Below are positions 56,202 through 64,000 of a stretch of 64,000 nt of DNA, one piece after another. The notes beneath the pieces are model-generated. The model ran no database searches and had not been told where the DNA came from. It saw only the letters and a program-made list of their open reading frames with translations. Both the position numbers and the translations under genes were made by a program. Numbering within the stretch: position 1 is the stretch's first letter; each line of letters starts with the position of its first letter. This stretch comes from SAR86 cluster bacterium AG-422-P06 (GTDB lineage: Bacteria > Pseudomonadota > Gammaproteobacteria > Magnimaribacterales > TMED112), in the NCBI GenBank assembly GCA_003213455.1, contig QCMX01000001.1, positions 1,667 through 65,666 of the forward strand. Reading direction: 5' to 3'.

Positions 56202-56960
56202 TTCAGTTGCTCTATTTTTTGCTGCATCAATAGCATCTGAAAAGATTTTAATAAAATTCTCGTTATAAAGCAGATTCAATCCAGCTTCAGTTGTTCCGCC
56301 TTTTGATTTAATGCTTGCAATTAGATCTTCTAGATTCTCACCATTTTTTATAGCACTAATAAGGCTTGTAAGAAATAGCAATGTTATATCTCTCTTAGAC
56401 ACATTATTTGGTAGTAATTCATCTAATCTATTTTCAAATTCATTAATTATTTCAAAATAAAATGCTGGACCGCTCCCGATAAGGGAAGTGTGTAAATTAA
56501 TTTTTTCTTCATTATCGACTCTGAATGCTTTGCCCAAGAAGTTAAATATTTCAAGGATTTCATCATCTTGCTCTGATGAAAATATGCTTGTAATGCCTAG
56601 ATTATCTTTTGCACCTATATTTGGCATTGCTCTATAAATCCTTCTTCCAGGTAAAGCTGTTTTAAGATTCTCTAATGTAACACCTGCAGCGACACTAACT
56701 ATTTTGATGTCATCCCTAATAACGCCATTCATTGATACACAAAGGTCATACATGTCTTTAGGCCTCACACATATAACAACAATGTCTGATTCTGTGCATA
56801 TATTTTCTAGAGACTGTTGGGCAATAGATTCATGCTCAAGCCAAGCAAGGTTTGCCTCATTTCGATCATGACCAGAGATAATATATGAAGAATTTTTTTG
56901 TAAACCTTTAATAAGGGCTTTGGCCATATGACCACAGCCTATAAAACCAATTTTTCTCAT
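56187..56960 (-). CDS. proC: Pyrroline-5-carboxylate reductase
   Basis: 257 aa. IGFIGCGHMAKAL and the C-terminal SKGGTTEAGL. Confidence 0.9.
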   Translation of the reverse strand: MRKIGFIGCGHMAKALIKGLQKNSSYIISGHDRNEANLAWLEHESIAQQSLENICTESDIVVICVRPKDMYDLCVSMNGVIRDDIKIVSVAAGVTLENLKTALPGRRIYRAMPNIGAKDNLGITSIFSSEQDDEILEIFNFLGKAFRVDNEEKINLHTSLIGSGPAFYFEIINEFENRLDELLPNNVSKRDITLLFLTSLISAIKNGENLEDLIASIKSKGGTTEAGLNLLYNENFIKIFSDAIDAAKNRATELSMD

Positions 56961-56961
56961 A

Positions 56962-57381
56962 TTAGGATTCTAATATTTTTTCTAATGTTGCGTTGATAAA
57001 TTTGTATGAGTTCTCAGAACAGAATTTTTTGCTTAGTCTTACTCCTTCATCAATTAATATTTCTCTAGGAGTCTTTTCTAGTTCTGATTCAGCTTTAATT
57101 ATTAAAAGAATGTTTTCTTCCATGGTGCCCACTGATTTGATGCCAAACATCTCTAGTTCTGATACTTCCGAAATTATTTTCTTTTGATCTGAGATATTTT
57201 TTGTTATGTGGCCAAAAATATTTCTAAAGAAAATATAATCTATCTTCGTTTTCCTGAAATCTTTTCTAAATGAATCTTCAATAGCTTTTGCATTGTTATG
57301 GCCAAAAGAAAACTCATAAAGAGCCTGCACTAAAAGCTCTCGAGCATTCACTTTCTCTTTGAATTGGCTAAGATTTTTCAT
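56962..57381 (-). CDS. nusB: Transcription antitermination factor NusB
   Basis: 139 aa. ARELLVQALYEF and the rib-nusB context. Confidence 0.85.
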   Translation of the reverse strand: MKNLSQFKEKVNARELLVQALYEFSFGHNNAKAIEDSFRKDFRKTKIDYIFFRNIFGHITKNISDQKKIISEVSELEMFGIKSVGTMEENILLIIKAESELEKTPREILIDEGVRLSKKFCSENSYKFINATLEKILES

Positions 57382-57384
57382 TTT

Positions 57385-57837
57385 TTATGAGGACATCATT
57401 TGAAACAGAGATTCAGCAAACTCTCTTCCTTTATTCATCTTTTCCGGATTAATTCTTTCCTCAGCTTGCACTTTGTTATCTACAGTAAGCACACCGTTGA
57501 TTAAGGGAGTTGAATGAAATTCTAGAGCTACTGATGCTAAATCTTGAAACGATTGTTTTGACACAAGTTTAAAGTGAGGAGTATCGCCTCTAATTACCAG
57601 ACCTACGGCAAGCACTCCATCATACTGATCTGGTTTTGCTCTTATTATGCTAGCTGCTAATTCTAACGAACCAGGACAAAAATTTATTTCATAATTAACT
57701 TCATAAATATCAGCTATTTTTGTTATTTCATCTATTAAAGGCGAGAGTAGTTCTTTATTCCAGGTTGTTGTAACGATTAGAATTTTTTTCTTAGCTAGAT
57801 TGTTAAAACAATCTTTAAAATCTGGTGCATTATTCAT
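57385..57837 (-). CDS. ribH: 6,7-dimethyl-8-ribityllumazine synthase
   Basis: 150 aa. The VPG..E.., GLVIRGDTPHF pattern. Confidence 0.9.
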   Translation of the reverse strand: MNNAPDFKDCFNNLAKKKILIVTTTWNKELLSPLIDEITKIADIYEVNYEINFCPGSLELAASIIRAKPDQYDGVLAVGLVIRGDTPHFKLVSKQSFQDLASVALEFHSTPLINGVLTVDNKVQAEERINPEKMNKGREFAESLFQMMSS

Positions 57838-58909
57838 CTATAAAACCCTCAATCTCAATATTAAAACCAGATAAACCGCTATATTTTGTAGGCGTACCTA
57901 AAACCATAATTTTATTTAAACCAATTGCTCTAAGTATTTGTGAGCCTATGCCAATCACTCTTCTGTTCCTCTTTGGCTCAATGTTTTCATCTTTCAGCAT
58001 TGATAACCAATAGCCTTTTGCATCCCTGTGATTAATCAGCACGAATACACCTGCTCCTTCTTCTGAAATTCTTTTTAATGATTTTCTAATAGACCATTTC
58101 TTCCCAATTTCATCAATACCTAAGGTATCTTGTAAAACACTTTGAGTCTGTACTCTAACGATTGGCAAATCTATATTCTCTGGAGAGCCTTTAGTAAGAG
58201 AAAAATGATGTTCGTCAAAAATTACATCTCGCCAGACATCTAATTTAAAATCCCCAAATTCTGTAGAAACATTTTTTGTATGTACATTCTCAATAGTTGA
58301 TTCTTTTGAAAGCTTGTAATCAATAAGATCTGCTATGGTTCCAACTTTAAGATTATGTTTTTCTCCAAACTTTAATAGATCATCTCGTCTCGCCATGGTT
58401 CCATCATCATTCATGATTTCACATATAACTCCTGCACCTGAGAAGCCTGCTAATGATGCCAAGTCACATGCTGCTTCGGTATGACCAGCTCTTGCAAGAA
58501 CCCCACCTTTCATAGCTTGTAATGGAAAAACATGCCCTGGCTGAACTATGTCGTTTTCTGTTGCTGATTTATGTACAGCTGTAGTGATTGTGTGAGCTCT
58601 ATCTTTAGCAGAAATTCCAGTAGTTATGCCATCTTTAGCCTCAATTGATACTGTAAAAGCAGTTCTATTGCTTGTTTTATTATTGCTTGTCATCGGTTTA
58701 AGTTTTAATTGCTCACATTTTTCTGACTCCAGCGCAAGACAAATTAGGCCTCTTCCATTAGTTGCCATAAAATTTACGATTTCTGGGGTAATTGCATCTG
58801 CTGCACATATAAGATCGCCTTCATTTTCACGATCTTCGTCATCAAGAATAATGACCATTTTGCCTTTCTTTAGGTCTGCAATTATTTCTGGAATTTCATT
58901 TTTATTCAT
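57830..58909 (-). CDS. ribB: 3,4-dihydroxy-2-butanone-4-phosphate synthase with degenerate GTP-cyclohydrolase-II-like C-domain (RibBX type)
   Basis: 359 aa. The N-domain DDEDRENEGDLICAA...GHTEA is intact. The C-domain aligns to RibA, but the HSEC...CDC zinc/catalytic cysteines read QTQS...EIGKK. Confidence 0.85.
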   Translation of the reverse strand: MNKNEIPEIIADLKKGKMVIILDDEDRENEGDLICAADAITPEIVNFMATNGRGLICLALESEKCEQLKLKPMTSNNKTSNRTAFTVSIEAKDGITTGISAKDRAHTITTAVHKSATENDIVQPGHVFPLQAMKGGVLARAGHTEAACDLASLAGFSGAGVICEIMNDDGTMARRDDLLKFGEKHNLKVGTIADLIDYKLSKESTIENVHTKNVSTEFGDFKLDVWRDVIFDEHHFSLTKGSPENIDLPIVRVQTQSVLQDTLGIDEIGKKWSIRKSLKRISEEGAGVFVLINHRDAKGYWLSMLKDENIEPKRNRRVIGIGSQILRAIGLNKIMVLGTPTKYSGLSGFNIEIEGFIDE

Positions 58910-59895
58910 TTTTCAAAAACAGTTTTTTTATCTCGGTCAATTGTATACGATGATTTAAGACTTAAACCATATTTATCAATTATTGCTTCGTTTTGAAACC
59001 ATGAGACACCATTTTCTCCTAACTTATCTGGCGATTGATAAACAATCATCTCATCGCAAAGGCCCTCATCTAAGAAGCTATTTACAAGTTTAGGTCCTGC
59101 TTCAACTAGCAGTGAATTAAGATCTCGTTTGGATAATTCTTCTACAACTTTTACTAAATTTGTCTCACCAATTATGTTTACTTGAGAATCTTGAAAGAAA
59201 TCCAGACTAAGATCCCATTTTTTCTGCTCTGAGAGAAGGATTTTTTGTGGTTGAATCAAGGGGAATTCTACCCTAGCATTCATTCTTGGCTTATCTGTTC
59301 TAATTGTGTTGCCACCAGTAAGTATGGCATCATGCTCTGCTCTAACAACTTGGACATCTTTGCGCGAAGCTTCTGAGGTTATCCATGTTGTGCTTCCATC
59401 TTTGCTATGAGACTTCCAGTCTGCAGAACTAGCAATTTTTATAGTTATAAAAGGCCTTCCATTTTCATGTTTGAAAAAGAAAAACTTATTAAGTTCTCTA
59501 ACTTCTTTTTCAAGCACACCATAAGAAACTTCTAGACCAGCATCTTTTAGTCTCTTTATACCTGTTCCAGCTACTTTTGGATTTGGATCTAAGCTGCCTA
59601 TAATTATTTTCTTTATACCTGATTCAATTATTTTTTCAGTGCATGGTGGAGTCTTGCCGTAATGATTGCATGGCTCTAGAGTACAGATCATTACATGGTC
59701 TTCATCAATTTTATCTCTTAGGGAGTTAAAGCAATTTACTTCAGCATGGGCTTCACCAAATTTTTCATGCGCACCTTCAGCTAGCACCTTATCATCTTTA
59801 ACGATTAAAGCCCCGACCATAGGATTTGGCTTAACAAGGTATTTATAAGGCGCAGAAATATTGATAGCTCTCTGCATGAGCAAATCGTAATTCAT
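58906..59895 (-). CDS. ribD: Bifunctional riboflavin deaminase/reductase
   Basis: 329 aa. Deaminase zinc site HAEVN...TLEPCNHYGKTPPC, followed by the reductase domain. Confidence 0.9.
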   Translation of the reverse strand: MNYDLLMQRAINISAPYKYLVKPNPMVGALIVKDDKVLAEGAHEKFGEAHAEVNCFNSLRDKIDEDHVMICTLEPCNHYGKTPPCTEKIIESGIKKIIIGSLDPNPKVAGTGIKRLKDAGLEVSYGVLEKEVRELNKFFFFKHENGRPFITIKIASSADWKSHSKDGSTTWITSEASRKDVQVVRAEHDAILTGGNTIRTDKPRMNARVEFPLIQPQKILLSEQKKWDLSLDFFQDSQVNIIGETNLVKVVEELSKRDLNSLLVEAGPKLVNSFLDEGLCDEMIVYQSPDKLGENGVSWFQNEAIIDKYGLSLKSSYTIDRDKKTVFEK

Positions 59896-60347
59896 TATTT
59901 TTTTGATAATTCCGAGACTTCGTCTGCGAAATCTTTGATGTCTTGAAAGTTCTGATAAACCGATGCAAATCTTACGTAAGCAACTTGATCAAGTTCTTTT
60001 AATTGATTCATAACTTGTTTTCCAATTACTTGAGCCTGTATTTCTCTTTCACCAATTTTCCTTATGTAATCTTTTATGTTTTGAAGAGCATTTTCTATTT
60101 GATCAGAAGAGACAGGTCTTTTTTCCAATGCTTTATGCAAACCTGCTCTAAGTTTTTCTTCATCAAATGGTTCTCTTCTCTCATTAGATTTTATGATTCT
60201 TGGCATAACTAGTTCAGCTTCTTCATAAGTAGAAAATCTCTCACCACAGTCTATGCACTCTCGTCTTCTTTTGATTTGAGAACCATTCGCTACTAGTCTT
60301 GAGTCAACAACTTTGGTTTCTTCGTGTGTACAAAAAGGGCAAAACAT
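59895..60347 (-). CDS. nrdR: Transcriptional repressor NrdR
   Basis: 150 aa. MFCPFC...zinc ribbon plus ATP-cone. Confidence 0.95.
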   Translation of the reverse strand: MFCPFCTHEETKVVDSRLVANGSQIKRRRECIDCGERFSTYEEAELVMPRIIKSNERREPFDEEKLRAGLHKALEKRPVSSDQIENALQNIKDYIRKIGEREIQAQVIGKQVMNQLKELDQVAYVRFASVYQNFQDIKDFADEVSELSKK

Positions 60348-61612
60348 TATTTATAAACAGGAAATTTTTTACATAATTCCTTAACCTTAGCTCTTACTAT
60401 ATCAAGTTCAGCAGAGTTTTCTTTATTTTCTATAGCATCACAAATAAGGTCCACAACAAGTTTTGATTCATCTTGCCCAAAACCTCTTGTTGTAATTGCA
60501 GGAGTGCCGATTCTTACACCAGATGTCACAAATGGTGATTCAGGATCATTTGGAATGGAATTTTTATTAACAGTGATATTGATAGTACCAAGAAGCTCTT
60601 CAGCATCTTTACCAGTAATATCTTTATTCCTTAAATCCATTAATAATAGGTGATTGTCGGTATTCTCTTGAACTAAATTGAATCCTCTAGATTTAAATTG
60701 TTCACACATTGTTTGGGCATTTAAAATAATTTGCTTTTGATATTCTTTAAAATCTTCAGTCATTGCTTCTTTAAAACAAACAGCTTTAGCAGCTATTACA
60801 TGCATTAATGGGCCACCTTGTGAACCTGGAAAAACAGCAAAATTAAGTTTTTTCTGAAATTCTTCATCTTCGTTTGAAAGAATGATGCCAGATCTTGGGC
60901 CTCTAAGAGACTTGTGTGTAGTGCTTGTTACAACATGAGCAAAATTAACAGGATTTGGATAGACTCCGCCTGCTACTAGTCCTGAGACATGTGCCATATC
61001 AACTAATAAATACGCTCCAACCTCATCTGCAATTTCTCTGAATAGCTCCCAATTAATAACACCCATGAAAGCTGAAAAACCAGCAACTATCATCTTTGGC
61101 TTATGTTCATGAGCTAGTTTTCGGACTTCCTTGTAATCAATGTCCCCAGTTTCAGGGTCAAGTCCATATTGAATAGCATTAAAATTTTTTCCAGAAAAGT
61201 TTACTTTTGCACCGTGTGTAAGATGTCCTCCTTGATCTAGCGCCATACCTAAAAAAGTATCGCCAGGCTCCATTAGAGCTAAAAAAACTGCGGCATTAGC
61301 AGAAGCTCCTGAATGAGGTTGAACATTAGCAAATTTTGCATTGAATAAAGTTTTTGCTCTTTCAATAGCAAGCGTTTCAGCTCCATCAACATGTTCGCAT
61401 CCGCCGTAATACCTTTTATTTGGATAACCTTCGGCATATTTGTTTGTTAGTACACTTCCCTGTGCCTCTAAAACTCTTTTAGATGCATAGTTTTCTGACG
61501 CAATTAATTCAATATGTTCTTCTTGCCTAACTGATTCTGCCTCTAAAAATTTTGATAGATCAGCATCGTAATCTGCAATGTTTTGATTTTGAGTATTTTT
61601 AAATTCATTCAT
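60347..61612 (-). CDS. glyA: Serine hydroxymethyltransferase
   Basis: 421 aa. The [18 protein letters not shown] site. Confidence 0.95.
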   Translation of the reverse strand: MNEFKNTQNQNIADYDADLSKFLEAESVRQEEHIELIASENYASKRVLEAQGSVLTNKYAEGYPNKRYYGGCEHVDGAETLAIERAKTLFNAKFANVQPHSGASANAAVFLALMEPGDTFLGMALDQGGHLTHGAKVNFSGKNFNAIQYGLDPETGDIDYKEVRKLAHEHKPKMIVAGFSAFMGVINWELFREIADEVGAYLLVDMAHVSGLVAGGVYPNPVNFAHVVTSTTHKSLRGPRSGIILSNEDEEFQKKLNFAVFPGSQGGPLMHVIAAKAVCFKEAMTEDFKEYQKQIILNAQTMCEQFKSRGFNLVQENTDNHLLLMDLRNKDITGKDAEELLGTINITVNKNSIPNDPESPFVTSGVRIGTPAITTRGFGQDESKLVVDLICDAIENKENSAELDIVRAKVKELCKKFPVYK

Positions 61613-62265
61613 TATGGTTTTTTATGTAAAAATTTTGATTTTCTGTTTGGATAACATGTTGTGCAAATAGGGCATTCAAGACCAAAACAACTTCTGGCAG
61701 AACAATGTTTCCTTGCATACATAATAATTTGTATATGAAGTTTATTCCATTGCTCAATAGGGAAAAACTTCTTTAAATCACTCTCTGTGGTTTTAACATT
61801 CTTACCTGATGTTAAACCCCATCTTTGTGCACACCTATGAATATGAGTATCAACAGGGAAAGATGGAATACCAAATGCTTGAGCAACAACTACTGAAGCT
61901 GTTTTATGACCTACACCAGGTAATTGCTCTAATTGCTTAATATCTTGAGGAACTTCTCCGGCATATTCTTGCACTAAAATTTGAGACAGTTTTTTAATTG
62001 CTTTTGATTTTTGTGGACCTAAGCCGCAAGGCTTGATTATTTGATAAATATCATCTTGGCTTAGATTTCCCATATCCAGTGGTTTAGAGGCTTTTTTGAA
62101 GAGTTTAGGAGTAACGAGATTAACTCTTTCATCAGTGCATTGCGCTGATAGTAAAACAGCAATCAACAAGGTATAAGGATCTTTGTGATCTAAGGGGACA
62201 TCAGGGTTTGGAAAATGGTTATTTAAAAGACCTATAATTTTTTCTCTTTTCTCGCTTTTTCTCAA
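61612..62265 (-). CDS. nth: Endonuclease III
   Basis: 217 aa. Hh[23 protein letters not shown], and a C-terminal Cys cluster. Confidence 0.9.
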   Translation of the reverse strand: MRKSEKREKIIGLLNNHFPNPDVPLDHKDPYTLLIAVLLSAQCTDERVNLVTPKLFKKASKPLDMGNLSQDDIYQIIKPCGLGPQKSKAIKKLSQILVQEYAGEVPQDIKQLEQLPGVGHKTASVVVAQAFGIPSFPVDTHIHRCAQRWGLTSGKNVKTTESDLKKFFPIEQWNKLHIQIIMYARKHCSARSCFGLECPICTTCYPNRKSKFLHKKP

Positions 62266-62334
62266 TGTTTCAAATGTTTGCTTACCTAGTTAATTGTTAT
62301 ATTATATGGGGATAAATATCTTATGGGAGAGTAT

Positions 62335-64000
62335 ATGAGATACATACTATTATTATTAGTTCTGCTAGTCAGTTCTTTTTCTTATGCTCAAGAAAATTCT
62401 GAGTCTGTTGATTCAGAAAATATTGAGGAAGTTGTTACTTCAGCTTTAAGAAAAGAGACTGCACTTCAGGATACGGGTCTTGCTGTTACAGTTATTTCTG
62501 CAACAGATATCGAATCAAAGAACCTGAAGGAATTTTACGACTTTCAGTTTAACGTTCCAGGTGTTCTTTTTAATAAAACAAACTTTTCTGGTGCTGGTAT
62601 TCAAATCAGAGGTATGACCAACTATGCAGTTGGTGGATCTTTCTCTGCAGTTGCTACACCAAGACAAGATGACATCAATATGGGTACGCTTCAAATGGCT
62701 CAGAATGAACTATTTGACCTTGCTAGTTTTGAAGTCTTAAGGGGTCCACAAGGAACTCTTTATGGTGGTAATAACCCAGGTGGTACATTCCTGATGAGGA
62801 GTGTAGATCCAGGTGATGAAGCTGATGGATATTTCAAAGCTGAGTTTGGAGATAAAAATCTAGAAAGATATTCAGGCGGTATGACTTTTGGTGCTGGTGA
62901 AAGAATGAGAACTAGAGTTTCATTCAGATCAACTCATAGAGATGGCTACACTGAAAATTTATTTGATGGTTCTGATATTGATGATAGAGATTATTTAGGT
63001 GTCAGAATGAAAACAATCTATGACATTTCAGATGAGACATCTTTAAAACTTACAATGATGCATAACGAAGAGAATGACTCAAGATTGAGACATCAAAACG
63101 CAGCTTGTAATGAAAACAAACTTCTTGGTTGTGACCAATGGGGTGATGGATTGCCAGATAGAGGTGTCAGCCACTCAGGTGTTAGTGCCTTTGGTTCTAT
63201 CGACTATTTAACTCTTAACTACCCAGGTAATATTGTTCAACCTGAATTAGGATTGGGTTATCAAGATGGTGCTGTTATTCCTACAGACCCTAACCAAGTA
63301 TTTCAAACACTTAACCCAAAGCTTGAAAGATACGATACAAGTGCAAGTTTAGTGCTTGATCATATGATTACTGATGAGTATCAGATGTTCATGACATTCG
63401 CTTACATTGATCAAGAATACGATCATTCACAATCTCTGAATGGTTATGCTGCAAATAGAGACTACAGAATGGGTCCTATCCAAGCTAATATTTATGGTAC
63501 AGAGCGTAGCTTTACTACTACTGAAGAAGCAGATGCATCTCTTTCAAACTATACTCAGAAAGAATTTGAGTTAAGAATTCAATCAGATTTAGATGGTCGA
63601 ACAAATGGTACAGGTGGTATTTATTTGTCTAATTCAGACTCTTTAACAAACTATCGTGTTACTTCACCTGGTATGCAATATTACTCAGATGTAAGTAGAG
63701 GACCAATTGGTGCTATGTTCCCTGATCTTGGTGGTTATGGAGGCATAGGTTTCTGGGCAACTTATTTCACTACTTATGGTGGAGCGGCTCTAGACAACAT
63801 CACTGCTGGTGTTACTGCAGCGGCAATAGATTATGTAACAAATGATCCAACTACCCCTGCGCAAATCGCAGAGTTAATTCCACAATTAATAGCTTCTGGA
63901 CAGTGTACTGATCCTGCTACTGACTGTGCACAACTTGCACAAGCGATCTTAGTTGGAAATGCAGCAGCACTTCCACAGATTGTAGGAGCGGGTACCGTTG
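62335..64000 (+). CDS. TonB-dependent outer-membrane receptor, N-terminal about 555 aa; runs off the window
   Basis: My own translation: MRYILLLLVLLVSSFSYAQ signal peptide, NIEEVVTSA TonB box, and plug motif FEVLRGPQGTLYGGNNPGG. GGGAGA lies 4 nt upstream of the ATG. The frame stays open to 64000. It is not in the track because there is no stop. Confidence 0.85.
   Translation, partial: MRYILLLLVLLVSSFSYAQENSESVDSENIEEVVTSALRKETALQDTGLAVTVISATDIESKNLKEFYDFQFNVPGVLFNKTNFSGAGIQIRGMTNYAVGGSFSAVATPRQDDINMGTLQMAQNELFDLASFEVLRGPQGTLYGGNNPGGTFLMRSVDPGDEADGYFKAEFGDKNLERYSGGMTFGAGERMRTRVSFRSTHRDGYTENLFDGSDIDDRDYLGVRMKTIYDISDETSLKLTMMHNEENDSRLRHQNAACNENKLLGCDQWGDGLPDRGVSHSGVSAFGSIDYLTLNYPGNIVQPELGLGYQDGAVIPTDPNQVFQTLNPKLERYDTSASLVLDHMITDEYQMFMTFAYIDQEYDHSQSLNGYAANRDYRMGPIQANIYGTERSFTTTEEADASLSNYTQKEFELRIQSDLDGRTNGTGGIYLSNSDSLTNYRVTSPGMQYYSDVSRGPIGAMFPDLGGYGGIGFWATYFTTYGGAALDNITAGVTAAAIDYVTNDPTTPAQIAELIPQLIASGQCTDPATDCAQLAQAILVGNAAALPQIVGAGTV

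Noticed and set aside
57838-59895. An FMN (RFN) riboswitch expected in front of ribB or ribD.
   Set aside because: The genes overlap each other and nrdR, so there is no non-coding space for a 130-nt element.

Overview
This is a 64-kb chromosomal window from a low-GC (low-to-mid 30s % by eye), extremely compact gammaproteobacterial genome. I call about 70 CDS, 2 tRNAs and 1 TPP riboswitch. I found no rRNA, CRISPR, IS element, transposase or integrase. Gene order follows classic gammaproteobacterial blocks: pepP-ubiH, erpA-anmK-M23-tyrS, ponA/aroK-aroB, waaA-miaA-hflKC-purA and nth-glyA-nrdR-rib-nusB. Several genes normally embedded in these blocks are missing: hfq-hflX, pilMNOPQ and riboflavin synthase. 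By my rough tally only 2-3 % of the window is non-coding, and all ten convergent gene pairs overlap at their 3' ends. Three TonB-dependent receptors, a TonB_C protein and the streamlining suggest a marine oligotroph of the SAR86 type, but that is inference only. The one clearly accessory segment is a 2.3-kb islet in the 3' end of a free-standing tRNA-Ile(GAU), at 17076-19481. It is bounded by perfect 42-bp direct repeats, has no integrase, and carries only two translationally coupled genes: an EcoRI-family N6-adenine DNA methyltransferase and a half-size DUF262(DGQQR)-HNH nuclease. This pair is my best candidate for an undescribed compact restriction or defence system. Other notable items: (1) a minimal TPP riboswitch whose aptamer contains the SD and start codon of a TonB receptor-PnuT-kinase thiamine salvage operon; (2) a TonB receptor-class C acid phosphatase-MFS module; (3) zinc-sparing protein variants (L31 type B, 2-Cys DksA, Cys-poor HNH); and (4) a glycosyltransferase/methyltransferase module next to lpxL-waaA. 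Every assignment rests on my reading of the translated motifs and on remembered synteny. No searches were run.
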